Shown in pieces: positions 8,877 through 18,398 of a stretch of 64,000 nucleotides of DNA. How positions within the stretch are numbered: the first letter of the stretch is position 1; every line of letters starts with the position of its first letter. Under the pieces are notes generated by a model. That model searched no databases, was not told where the DNA came from, and saw only the letters and a list, made by a program, of their open reading frames with translations. The stretch covers positions 3,232,001-3,296,000 of the forward strand of contig OZ219926.1 in the NCBI GenBank assembly GCA_964291405.2. The letters run 5' to 3'. Source of the DNA: Thermodesulfobacteriota bacterium (GTDB lineage: Bacteria; Desulfobacterota; Binatia; Bin18). The position numbers and the translations under genes were made by a program.

Positions 8877-9764
8877 ATGGCCTACCAACAACTCAGTCTG
8901 GACCAGGTGGAAACGGCGGCGACTGGATTCAAAGGTCCGGAGGGCGTTGTCGTTGATCGTGAAGGGAACGTCTATGGCGGGGGAACAGACGGTGTGATCC
9001 GCAAGCTGGCGCCGGATGGAACCGTCACGGAATGCGCGCGCACGGGCGGCCGACCAGCGGGGATGGCCCTCGACCAACAGGGGAACCTCTTTGTGTGTGA
9101 CCCTGGCAAGGCCGCGGTGCTCAAAGTGACGCCGGACGGCCAGGTCAGTCTGTTTGCCGATCAGGTCGGCGATATCAAACTCACCCTCCCGAATTTCCCG
9201 GTTTTTGACGCCGAGGGAAACCTGTATGTGTCCAACTCGACCGATCTGACATTTGGCAACTTTGATAAGCTGATGGAAGAACTGCGTAATCCATCACCGA
9301 AGGGAGCGCTCGTCCGCTTGCGACCGGATGGCCGTGGGGAAGTCGTGACGACCGGTATCTACTTCGCGAATGGGACGGCGATCGATCCCCAAGAACAGGC
9401 CGTATACGTGCTGCAATCAAGTCAGAATAACTGCATTCGGATTGCGATGCATAAGGACGGGACCCATGGCAGCCCCGAAGCGTTTGGTGAAGACTTAGGG
9501 GCGCTGCCCGATGGCATGGCCTTTGATGCCGAAGAGTATCTCATTATTACCTTACCCATGGTGAACCGCTTGGTGGTGCTCGATCCGAATGGTCAGCTAT
9601 CCGTGCTTCTTGACGATCCGGACGGGACAAAAACTCAGGGGCCGACCAACTGCGCCTTTGGTGGGTCGAATTTTGACGATCTGTATATCGCCCATCTTGA
9701 AGCCGACCACGTTGCGAAAGTCCACCTCGGGAGAAAAGGGCATCCGTTGTACGACCGACGCTAA
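8877..9764 (+). CDS. SMP-30/gluconolactonase/LRE family protein
   Basis: GPEGVVVD, FANG, LPDGMAFD, PTNCAFGG. Confidence 0.9.
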   Translation: MAYQQLSLDQVETAATGFKGPEGVVVDREGNVYGGGTDGVIRKLAPDGTVTECARTGGRPAGMALDQQGNLFVCDPGKAAVLKVTPDGQVSLFADQVGDIKLTLPNFPVFDAEGNLYVSNSTDLTFGNFDKLMEELRNPSPKGALVRLRPDGRGEVVTTGIYFANGTAIDPQEQAVYVLQSSQNNCIRIAMHKDGTHGSPEAFGEDLGALPDGMAFDAEEYLIITLPMVNRLVVLDPNGQLSVLLDDPDGTKTQGPTNCAFGGSNFDDLYIAHLEADHVAKVHLGRKGHPLYDRR

Positions 9765-9803
9765 AGAGACGTTCCCGATCTCCGGCCAGATTAAGCTTTG
9801 TTG

Positions 9804-10132
9804 GGTAGTGTCTCCGTTTGCAATTTGTTCTTCTCCGCGTTCGGTCCGCCCCTCCCTCCCGTCTCAGGGCCTTCGGTGACCGGGCAGTCCTGCTCCCGCC
9901 GGGCGCCCCTCGGCCTGGAGCCAAGCCGGAGCAGGACCCCCCCCTCATAATTTCCTCAGAAATTACTAGGGACAACCGGTTGGTAGCCGTGTTAGGAAGC
10001 GAACGGCCTACCGAATACGCGTCAGCGCGGTGTCCGGGAGCCGAGAGGAGAACACGATGCCTGAGAGGGAGCTGGGGAGAGGGCGGACTGCCCCGTTTTT
10101 CCTGGTCAGAAGTTGCAAAGTGAGACACTACC
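9804..10132. mobile_element. MITE / internally deleted IS, 329 bp
   Basis: TIR GGTAGTGTCTCCGTTTGCAATTT vs GGTAGTGTCTCACTTTGCAACTT (20/23); 8-bp TSD CTTTGTTG at 9796-9803 and 10133-10140; no transposase. Confidence 0.9.
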
Positions 10133-10213
10133 CTTTGTTGGACTGTGTAGGGGGCAACTTGCTATGCCTTTATTCTCCGACCCCTCCGTATAAAGCGTAA
10201 AATATGGTCCGGA

Positions 10214-10251
10214 TTGCTACTATTATACCCTCGATAATATAGCGGGTATCA
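10214..10251 (+). promoter_or_regulatory. Putative sigma70 promoter with inverted repeat, upstream of the PLD gene
   Basis: TTGCTA (10214) then TATAAT/TAATAT (10235-10242), bracketed by ATACCC...GGGTAT. Confidence 0.45.
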
Positions 10252-10259
10252 GCAGACAT

Positions 10260-11339
10260 ATGAGTGAAATATATCTTAGAAGCATCGACCGTAGATGGAA
10301 GAAAGAACTAGAGAAAATTAGTGGAAAGGTGACTATCCTTTCTCCTTATCTCACCTCAAGTACTGCCGAAGCGATCATTACCAAAGTGCCTTCAGCCAAT
10401 TGTGAAGTGTACACACTTTTCTCAGTTGAAAACTTTGCTAGTGGTGCATCTTCGATCAAAACCCTCCGTAACTTGTTTGATGCCGGATACGCTCTCTTTC
10501 ATCTCCCTAGGCTTCACGCCAAAGTTGTCCTTGTATCCGATAGGCTAGCCACAATTGGAAGCCAGAATCTCACAGCTAATGGAATTAGAAACCGTGAGGC
10601 AAGCCTCCTGATTAACTCTCAGGACGAAGTGAGGAAAATAGAAGAGGATCTCGAACCTTGGCTTGTCGAAAGACAAACAATTTCAGCGGAGATGGTTTCA
10701 GATGTCGAACGATTGTTGCCGCAGGTTCGTCGGATGTTTCTTTCCTCGCGGAGGGCTGCTAACGATCTCGAAAAGAAAATATGGTCGTTTGAGTTGACTC
10801 GTGAACGGCAGAAAGAGGAGGAACGGAAAAGATTAAACCGTAGAATTCTGATAAGAAACAGAAGAATTGCCAAGTCGCATACTACTGTGACTCCCCTTAT
10901 TAAAATAACAAATGTTCCCCGAGAGCTAGCTATCCGTTTCATAGAGGAATCTGCGTGGTGGCATCATCCATATGGTCTCAGGCGTGCACCGGGTCATTCT
11001 GACAGAATGGATGGCATTCACGGGGATTGGAAGGTCAAATTTGGAGCTAACACTTTCCTCGTAGGTCGGGCTATTAGTCGTTGTGCCTCTACCATTGACC
11101 GGTATCTGGCTGCCATTAAACAAGGGCATGATCAGAATCGAGACGAGTTAGTAGAGAAACTGAAGTTCAATGTCCGTGGAGCCGTCGCCAACTGGAACGG
11201 ATACGAATACCGATACTATGATGTTCAGGGAAATGACATGATGTTCGGAACCCAATCGATTGACGTTAACGATTTCGTCAATCTTGCACTCCGTATCTGG
11301 AATATCGACGAGCTTATCACAGAACTAGATGGGGAGTGA
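10260..11339 (+). CDS. Phospholipase D-like (HKD) domain protein, putative nuclease, with unknown C-terminal domain
   Basis: ILSPY, RLHAKVVLVSD..ATIGSQNLTANGI.NREA: single HxKxxxxxD...GSxN motif typical of PLD-family nucleases; AT-richer than flanks. Confidence 0.8.
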   Translation: MSEIYLRSIDRRWKKELEKISGKVTILSPYLTSSTAEAIITKVPSANCEVYTLFSVENFASGASSIKTLRNLFDAGYALFHLPRLHAKVVLVSDRLATIGSQNLTANGIRNREASLLINSQDEVRKIEEDLEPWLVERQTISAEMVSDVERLLPQVRRMFLSSRRAANDLEKKIWSFELTRERQKEEERKRLNRRILIRNRRIAKSHTTVTPLIKITNVPRELAIRFIEESAWWHHPYGLRRAPGHSDRMDGIHGDWKVKFGANTFLVGRAISRCASTIDRYLAAIKQGHDQNRDELVEKLKFNVRGAVANWNGYEYRYYDVQGNDMMFGTQSIDVNDFVNLALRIWNIDELITELDGE

Positions 11340-11444
11340 GGGGAAGCGTTGGCTACTCCCGACCGTATTCCTATACATCCACATAGTAGTCTGGTCACCC
11401 AACGGTCCCTCTACTCGAAGATTGATATAGATAGAGAACATCCC

Positions 11445-12701
11445 TCAAGTCAGCCTTCCTCGTTTGAAGTCTGTCACGATCTGATTGTATCTTTCTTGCC
11501 CAGGCTGGAAGAAATCAAAGAGCATGAAAACAGGGTCAAGAAGATTTTGCACGTGTTGAGAGAGCGACCCATCGAGAGCTGAGAGATCAGTAGTGATTGT
11601 TGATTCGATTTCTTTTTCACTTGTCGGGCTGGAAGGACGGAACGTCGGACGGTTACTTGTGGCAGATATATATCTACCAGCGAGCCCCACATGGCGAAGA
11701 ATAAAGGTTGCAGTCGTATTATTGGGGACGTTAAGCCCTTCGTAGAGTCTGGAGAGATACATAAGCATTTCTGCGGTTCTCACGATCCTCGTGTTGAAGA
11801 ACAATTGATCGGTTGCTCCTCGGGAATCCTCAAAGAGGGTTTGCAGCAAATAGAATGATCCGTCTCGACGGAGTGCCCAGAAGTCATAGGATTCCTCCTC
11901 CCGGATCACCGTATTAACAATGCCGCTACTCGTTGGTCGGGGCTTCAGCGATTCCGTATTCAAATCCATAATACCGATTGGCCACCCAAACGTATCGATC
12001 ATGGAGGAACGCGCTACTTGTAGTAATTCAGCCGGGGAGTAATTGATTCGCGGTTGGGATAGGGTAGCAAATGCTTCTACATAGGTAGAGAATCCTGACT
12101 GGGCGAATCCTTCTAGCGCTTCTACGCGCATCTGGTCACGCCAGGAGAAGTCTTCTTCTGTTGGCTGCCCGTTGTATTCAAGAGACGTGTCGCTGGAAAC
12201 AGAGCGGTCTCGATACTGAAGTATCTGTTGGAGAGCGGCTACTAGCTGAGACTCTAGCTGGCGTCGCTTGCCCGCTTTGTCTGGATCATCTTCCTGCACT
12301 GAGTATACGGTCACCCGTTTCGTGCGTAGGTCAAAAGGGAGGTGTTCTACAGGTGAGCGGGCAGAATTGAAAATCATTATTATATACGGCCATCCTAGCC
12401 GTTTCAGAGCGAAGCCCAACTCAAGTAAGACGTTGGGATTTGGCGTAGGCCGCTGACCATTATCGGGATTAATGATGGAGACATCACAAACAAAGACCTG
12501 ACAACTATCAATCTTTTCAAGTATCGTATCCGCAATATCGGGAGAACCAGGAACCCCTGTCGTATCCCGGTCAACGACGGGCTCCACTGCTATAGCTGGA
12601 TCATTACGAATCGATTGAGCAGCTCTTTCAAGGGCCGTTTGAATAAAGCTTCGATTAGTAGAATTGGGCAGATCAGATTGCCAAGAGTAAAAGATTTTCA
12701 C
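11445..12701 (-). CDS. TIR-like / nucleotide-processing domain protein with C-terminal domain of unknown function
   Basis: IFYSWQSD, DRDTTGVPGSPDIADTILEKID, PNPNVLLELGFA, LPFDLR; GTG start after GGAG. Confidence 0.75.
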   Translation of the reverse strand: MKIFYSWQSDLPNSTNRSFIQTALERAAQSIRNDPAIAVEPVVDRDTTGVPGSPDIADTILEKIDSCQVFVCDVSIINPDNGQRPTPNPNVLLELGFALKRLGWPYIIMIFNSARSPVEHLPFDLRTKRVTVYSVQEDDPDKAGKRRQLESQLVAALQQILQYRDRSVSSDTSLEYNGQPTEEDFSWRDQMRVEALEGFAQSGFSTYVEAFATLSQPRINYSPAELLQVARSSMIDTFGWPIGIMDLNTESLKPRPTSSGIVNTVIREEESYDFWALRRDGSFYLLQTLFEDSRGATDQLFFNTRIVRTAEMLMYLSRLYEGLNVPNNTTATFILRHVGLAGRYISATSNRPTFRPSSPTSEKEIESTITTDLSALDGSLSQHVQNLLDPVFMLFDFFQPGQERYNQIVTDFKRGRLT

Positions 12702-13005
12702 TGCTGTCTCCGTATGGCATCCTAGTTTATCGGTGCCACCCATAGGTTTTCTTCAGTCGAGTATTGTACTCGTCCATCCATACTCTACGTCTTCACTATA
12801 GAGGGCCAGTAATTGGTCGCAAACCCACTCTCAAGATAACAGTTGAGAGGAGCATTGCACGAGCAGTGGAAAACAGACCTATGAGACAATAGGACTGAAC
12901 GAACCTTCATTCGCCAATAGATGGTAACAGGCTGAAGAAAAAAGGGAAATTGGCTTTGAATAATTCCTCCACTTCTGCTAGGCCGTCTGTATTAGGAGGG
13001 GTAAC

Positions 13006-14034
13006 GTGAAATTCGGTCTACTCATGCCGTTCTGGAATCCGGCTCGCTGGGAGCGGTCTTTTCCTGAACTGTATCAGAACCTGCTGGACCAAATCGTCAA
13101 AGTCGAGGAACTCGGTTACGATCATATCTGGCTGACCGAGCACCACTTCGACACGGATGGCTGGTCGCCTGCGCTGTTGCCCCTCGCTGCCGGTATTGCC
13201 ACCCGCACGACACGTATCCGGATCGGCACGTTTATTTTAATCCTACCCTTTCAACACGCCTTGCGCGTGGCCGAGGATTCCATCACCGTGGATATTCTGT
13301 CCAATGGCCGATTCGATCTTGGGGTGGGCAAAGGCTATCGCAATAAAGAATTTCATGCCTTCGGCTTTCCCCGTGAGCAGCGCGACGCGCGCTTGGAAGA
13401 AGACCTCTCTGTTATTCAGGGACTCTGGACAAACGAGTCCTTCTCTTTTGACGGAGACTATTATCATCTCACCGATGTCCGTCTCACGCCCCGTCCCGTC
13501 CAACAACCGCATCCGCCGATCTGGATCGGCGCCCGTGGCAAGAAGGCTGTGCAGCGAGCGGCACGGATGGGGTTTCACCTGATGGGCACGGGAGAGGTTG
13601 CCCAGCAGCGGGCCTACGATGATGAGTTGGAACGCTGTGGCCGGAATCCGAAAGATTACTACTTAGCCCAACTGCGCTGGGTCTATGTAGCAGAGAGTCG
13701 GGACAAAGCCTGGGACCTCGTTGGTGAGCATATGCATTATCTCTTTTCCTCTGCTTTTCCGTTGCTCAAAGAAGCCGGTGACTTGCGAGCCGACCGAGCT
13801 ATGGGGCGGGTGCCCAGCATCGAGGAGCTGCGTCACATCGATCCCACCATTCCGGGCGGGGCGCCCATTGTGGGAACCCCGGACGATTGCATTCATGCCT
13901 TGCAACGCTACCAAGATGAAACGCGGGTGACCCATTTGGCAATGGGCATGCATCTGCCAGGACTCGCACTCGATAAGGTGACCGAGTGCCTTGAATTGTT
14001 TGCTCAGGAGGTCATGCCGCATTTTCGCTCATGA
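13006..14034 (+). CDS. LLM-class flavin-dependent oxidoreductase
   Basis: WLTEHHF, LRVAED, SNGRFDLGVGKGY, PVQQPHPPIWIG. Confidence 0.92.
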   Translation: MKFGLLMPFWNPARWERSFPELYQNLLDQIVKVEELGYDHIWLTEHHFDTDGWSPALLPLAAGIATRTTRIRIGTFILILPFQHALRVAEDSITVDILSNGRFDLGVGKGYRNKEFHAFGFPREQRDARLEEDLSVIQGLWTNESFSFDGDYYHLTDVRLTPRPVQQPHPPIWIGARGKKAVQRAARMGFHLMGTGEVAQQRAYDDELERCGRNPKDYYLAQLRWVYVAESRDKAWDLVGEHMHYLFSSAFPLLKEAGDLRADRAMGRVPSIEELRHIDPTIPGGAPIVGTPDDCIHALQRYQDETRVTHLAMGMHLPGLALDKVTECLELFAQEVMPHFRS

Positions 14035-14141
14035 GGAGACCAGTCAGTACGCGAAACCTACTGAGAAGGTGAATAGAGATGGCAATCGACCGTCACGGCA
14101 GAGCCCCTCCAGGCAAGAGAATTATTTTTTCTACCCGAAGG

Positions 14142-14170
14142 TTGACAGCAGATTTCTCTGAGAGTATGGC
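14142..14170 (+). promoter_or_regulatory. Putative sigma70 promoter
   Basis: TTGACA-N17-TATGGC. Confidence 0.45.
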
Positions 14171-14208
14171 GATGATAGAGTATTCGTAAAACCACAAAGG
14201 AGGGTAGC

Positions 14209-15951
14209 ATGCCACAGTTTGATACAGTGATTAAAAACGGTACGATCGTCGACGGAACGAAGGTGCCGCGCTATCAGGCCGACCTTGGTATCAAGGACGG
14301 GAAGGTTGCCGAGATTGGAAAAATCAGCAGCAGCGACGCTAAAAAAGAGATTGATGCCAGCGGGCAGATCGTTGCTCCGGGATTCATCGATCTGCACACC
14401 CACTATGATGCCCAGTTACACTGGGACCCGTACTGCACGATCGGCAGTTGGCACGGTGTGACCACCGTTACTATTGGGAATTGTGGATTTGGTTTTGCTC
14501 CGCTGCGGCCGCAAGACGCCGACCGGGCCATGTTGGCTTTGTCCCGTACCGAAGCGATTCCACTGGAGCCCATGCGGGTGTCGATGAAGGTTGACTGGGA
14601 AACCTTCCCGCAATACATGGACCGTCTGTCCCGCATGCCCTTGGGCGTTAATGTCTCCCATCTCTTCCCGCTCGCCCCGGCCGTGGCGTATGTGATGGGT
14701 GGTTTTGATGACGCCAAGAAGCGCTTCCCCAATAAAGAAGAGATGGACATCATTACCGGCCTGTACAAGGAAGCCGTGAAGGCTGGTGCCGCGGGTTGGT
14801 CCGCCCAGCGTCTGGTGCCTGAGAGCCGAGTGTCCGTGCAGCGCGACTATGACGGCACGCCGATGATCACCGACATCCTGCCGGATGAGTTCTATATGGA
14901 TATGGCCAAAGCCATGAGCGAAGTGGGCGAGGGCTGCATTCAGTTTACCCAGTCCGGTGCAAGCGAAGGTACGTTTGGTGTTGAGGATGATTTCAGATTC
15001 CTGGAAAAAATGACCAAGACAGCCGGTCAGCCGCTGCTGTACAATGCCATGTTAATCAGTGACAAGCATCCTGAGTCCCACCAGGCCCAGCTGAATTGGG
15101 TCAATGCGGCCAACGAACGCGGCGCTCGCGTGTTTGGACAGGGCGTCACGGCTCGGGCTCCAGTGCGGATGACCCTGGAAGACTGGAACCTGTTTGATGG
15201 CATTCCGGCCTGGAAGGAAGCTACGCTCGGAACGGTCGAAGAGCGTAAAGCCAAACTGTCGAAACCTGAACTGCGCAAGGAAATGCGTGAGGACTACGAT
15301 CAGGGCGGCATGGAAACGATGAATGTCGTCTTTGGTGATTTTCACGAGTTTATTGCGCGCAAGGTTCGCAATACCGAACTCAAACTCCAGTACGAGGGCA
15401 TGTCCGTGCAGCAGATTGCCGAGAAGGAAGGCAAGCACGTCATCGATGCCATGCTCGACCTGTCTGTGGCCGACGACCTGCGCACCGAGTGGGCTGGCCC
15501 GGTGGGCAACGCCAACATCGAGGGCTACAAAGAGCTGATGGGCTCGCCCTACACGCTGCCGGGTGTGTCGGATGGTGGGGCGCACGTGAAGTTCATTACG
15601 CCGGCCATCTATCCGACCGAGGTGCTGTCCTGGCTGGTACGCGAGCAGGGCGTCATGAGTCTGGAAGAGGCGCACTTCCGCCTGAGCGGGATCATGGCCT
15701 GGGCCGCGGGTATCACGGACCGTGGGACGCTACGTCAAGGCCAAGCGGCCGACGTCGTGGTCTACGATGCCGATACCGTTAAGGCTCTGCCGGGCGAGAT
15801 TGCTCACGATCTGCCGGCGAACGAGTGGCGACGGGTCCAAAAAGCCGAGGGCTATAAGCATATTCTGGTCAACGGTGAAGAGACCTTCCAGAATGGTGAA
15901 TGCACCGGGAATACCTCGGGCGCACTCCTGCGTAACGGCGCGGCCCGCTAG
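14209..15951 (+). CDS. Amidohydrolase, N-acyl-D-amino-acid deacylase family
   Basis: APGFIDLHTHYDAQ, GVTTVTIGNCG, SDGGAH, DRGTLRQGQAAD. Confidence 0.9.
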   Translation: MPQFDTVIKNGTIVDGTKVPRYQADLGIKDGKVAEIGKISSSDAKKEIDASGQIVAPGFIDLHTHYDAQLHWDPYCTIGSWHGVTTVTIGNCGFGFAPLRPQDADRAMLALSRTEAIPLEPMRVSMKVDWETFPQYMDRLSRMPLGVNVSHLFPLAPAVAYVMGGFDDAKKRFPNKEEMDIITGLYKEAVKAGAAGWSAQRLVPESRVSVQRDYDGTPMITDILPDEFYMDMAKAMSEVGEGCIQFTQSGASEGTFGVEDDFRFLEKMTKTAGQPLLYNAMLISDKHPESHQAQLNWVNAANERGARVFGQGVTARAPVRMTLEDWNLFDGIPAWKEATLGTVEERKAKLSKPELRKEMREDYDQGGMETMNVVFGDFHEFIARKVRNTELKLQYEGMSVQQIAEKEGKHVIDAMLDLSVADDLRTEWAGPVGNANIEGYKELMGSPYTLPGVSDGGAHVKFITPAIYPTEVLSWLVREQGVMSLEEAHFRLSGIMAWAAGITDRGTLRQGQAADVVVYDADTVKALPGEIAHDLPANEWRRVQKAEGYKHILVNGEETFQNGECTGNTSGALLRNGAAR

Positions 15952-15993
15952 GCAAGCCGCTGGGCTTGTTCGCCCGCCTATTGGAACCAACTG

Positions 15994-16034
15994 ACGGGGA
16001 ACCGGAGAACTGCTCTCCGGTTCCCCGTTTTTTT
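15994..16034 (+). terminator. Rho-independent terminator
   Basis: ACGGGGAACCGGAGA-actgc-TCTCCGGTTCCCCG followed by a T-run. Confidence 0.85.
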
Positions 16035-16068
16035 CGCGTGCTCTGTATCCATAAAGGAGGGATTCGAG

Positions 16069-17196
16069 ATGGAGATACGCACGAATGGGTATGTTTCTGC
16101 CGATGGTCACGTAGTTGAGCCGGCGGATCTGTGGACCACCCGGATGGACAAACGGTTTCGTGACCGTGCTCCGCGGGTCGAATCACGGCCAGAGGCTGAC
16201 TACTACATTATAGAAGGGCTGACCGAGTTCCCGGTGGGCCTTGAAGGCGTAACCATTGAGGAGAAAATGCAGGGTCAGGTCACCACCCCAAAAGGCCGTC
16301 GGCATGCCGAAACGCGACCCGGCGCGTGGGACCCACAGCCGCGTCTGGTCGATCAGGAGCGCGATCATCTACGGGCTGAGGTGATTTATCCGGGCGGGTT
16401 TGGCCTCCAGTTTTTCCACGTTCAGGATGCTGAATATCAGCGTGAGATCATTCGGGTCTATAACGACTGGATCAGTGAGTTTTGCTCGGCAGCGCCAGAC
16501 CGCCTGCTGGGATCAGCCTTACTGCCCATGCGGGGTCCGGTCGAGTGGGCGGTTGAGGAAGCCGAGCGTATAGCCAGGATGAAGGGCATTTGCACAGTCT
16601 TGATCCCGGCCGAGGTGGAACGCTCGTATGCCCACGCCGATTATAACCCCATGTGGGATGCATTGCAGGACATCGGGCTCCCGGTTGCGACTCACTCGGG
16701 AACTGGAACGGGTGAGGCCATTTTTGCCAAGATAGAGCGTCTCGGCACAGGGCTCGGCGTGACCGACAACAAGGTCTTGCAGCCGATGCGCGCCATGGCC
16801 GATCTCATCTGGGGTGCCGTACCGCAACGCTACCCACAACTGCGCTTTGTGGTGGTCGAAGGCGGTATCGGCTGGGTAGCCTCGCTGCTCGGCTTCATGG
16901 ATCACTGGTGGAACGATCACCGCCTCTGGATGGAGCCGAAGCTGGACGAAGCACCGAGCACGTATTTCAAGCGTCAGTTCTGGGCCACATTCGAGGATGA
17001 CCGGGCCGGAATTCTGACCCGCGAACTGGTCGGCGTTGATCGTCTCATGTGGGGTTCGGACTATCCACATACGGAAGGAACCTTCCCCTACTCCCAAGAG
17101 CAGATCATGCGGGATTTTATGGGCGTGCCGGAAGCTGAGGTGTACCAGATGGTGACGGGTAACGCGGCGCAGTTGTATGGGCTCGCCGTGCAATAA
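16069..17196 (+). CDS. Amidohydrolase_2 family protein (paralogue 1)
   Basis: SADGHVVEP, YNDWISEFC, LMWGSDYPHTEGTFP. Confidence 0.9.
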   Translation: MEIRTNGYVSADGHVVEPADLWTTRMDKRFRDRAPRVESRPEADYYIIEGLTEFPVGLEGVTIEEKMQGQVTTPKGRRHAETRPGAWDPQPRLVDQERDHLRAEVIYPGGFGLQFFHVQDAEYQREIIRVYNDWISEFCSAAPDRLLGSALLPMRGPVEWAVEEAERIARMKGICTVLIPAEVERSYAHADYNPMWDALQDIGLPVATHSGTGTGEAIFAKIERLGTGLGVTDNKVLQPMRAMADLIWGAVPQRYPQLRFVVVEGGIGWVASLLGFMDHWWNDHRLWMEPKLDEAPSTYFKRQFWATFEDDRAGILTRELVGVDRLMWGSDYPHTEGTFPYSQEQIMRDFMGVPEAEVYQMVTGNAAQLYGLAVQ

Positions 17197-17236
17197 TTGA
17201 GCCGGAAACGAGTTAAACCGAGGGAACACAGGAGGA

Positions 17237-18361
17237 ATGATGGAGGTAAGTACCCAAGGCTATGTGTCTGCGGACGGCCATGTTGTTGAGCCAGCAGACC
17301 TGTGGACCACGCGCATGGACAAACGTTTTCGTGACCGCGCCCCACGGGTCGAAGCGCGCGAAGATGCTGACTATTACATTATTGATGGGCTGACGCCATT
17401 TCCGGTTGGGCTCGAAGGTGCCACCATGGAAGACAAGCTCGCCGGCAGCATTGAGACCATGGCGAGTCGGCACGCTGATACACGACCAGGGGCATGGGAC
17501 CCACAGCAGCGACTGCTTGACCAGGACCTGGACCATGTCCGGGCTGAGGTTATTTACGCGGGCGCGTTCGGACTTCAATTCTTCACGCTTCAAGATGCCG
17601 AATACCAGCGCGAAGCCATGCGGGTGTATAACGACTGGCTGAGCGAATTCTGTGCGGCTGCGCCAGATCGCCTGCTTGGCGCAGGCTTGCTGCCCGTGCG
17701 CGGCCCGCTCGAATGGGCGTGTGAGGAAGCCGAGCGGTGTGCCAAGCGGGGTCTGCGGACCCTCACGATTCCCGCGGACGTGCCAGATCGTTCTTACGTG
17801 ACGTCGGACTATGAGCGTCTGTGGAGTACGCTCGAAGATATCGGACTGCCCGTTGCTACCCATTCCGGCACGGGAACGGCCGAAGAGTTTTATTCGAAAT
17901 ACCAACGCATGGGCACGGGCATGGCCGTGGTTGAAATGAAGATGTTCCAGCCCATGCGCGGTTTTGTCGACCTGCTCTGGAGTGCCGCACCCCAACGCTA
18001 TCCAAAGCTGCGCTTTGTGATCGCTGAGGGTGGCGTCGGTTGGATCGCCTCTATGCTCGGTTTTATGGATCACTGGTGGAACGATCATCGTCGCTGGATG
18101 GAACCCAAGCTCGACGAAAAACCGAGCACGTATTTCAAGCGCCAGTTCTGGGCCACATTTGAGGACGACCGAGCTGGCATTCAGACCCGCGATATCATTG
18201 GCGTGGATCGCTTGATGTGGGGTGCAGACTATCCGCACACGGAAGGCACGTTTCCGCGTTCGGTCGAGCAGATCGCCAAAGATTTCGCCGGGGTGCCTGA
18301 AGGCGAGGTCTATCAGATGGTGGCCGGGAATGCGGCCCAATTGTATGGCCTTGATACATAG
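17237..18361 (+). CDS. Amidohydrolase_2 family protein (paralogue 2)
   Basis: Same motifs; tandem paralogue of the previous gene. Confidence 0.9.
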   Translation: MMEVSTQGYVSADGHVVEPADLWTTRMDKRFRDRAPRVEAREDADYYIIDGLTPFPVGLEGATMEDKLAGSIETMASRHADTRPGAWDPQQRLLDQDLDHVRAEVIYAGAFGLQFFTLQDAEYQREAMRVYNDWLSEFCAAAPDRLLGAGLLPVRGPLEWACEEAERCAKRGLRTLTIPADVPDRSYVTSDYERLWSTLEDIGLPVATHSGTGTAEEFYSKYQRMGTGMAVVEMKMFQPMRGFVDLLWSAAPQRYPKLRFVIAEGGVGWIASMLGFMDHWWNDHRRWMEPKLDEKPSTYFKRQFWATFEDDRAGIQTRDIIGVDRLMWGADYPHTEGTFPRSVEQIAKDFAGVPEGEVYQMVAGNAAQLYGLDT

Positions 18362-18398
18362 AGATAGACGCGCTTACTCTCCAGAAGGAATGAACGTC

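Noticed and set aside
9547-10128. ORFs across the MITE as a possible transposase
   Set aside because: Low-complexity translation with no DDE or HTH motifs
11340-11444. CGTTGG...CCAACG inverted repeat as integron attC
   Set aside because: Core sites are in the wrong order and no integrase is nearby
16519-18340. Long antisense ORFs over the amidohydrolases (similarly 29851-31907, 51670-52491, 56953-59245)
   Set aside because: GC-rich codon-bias shadows of well-supported genes
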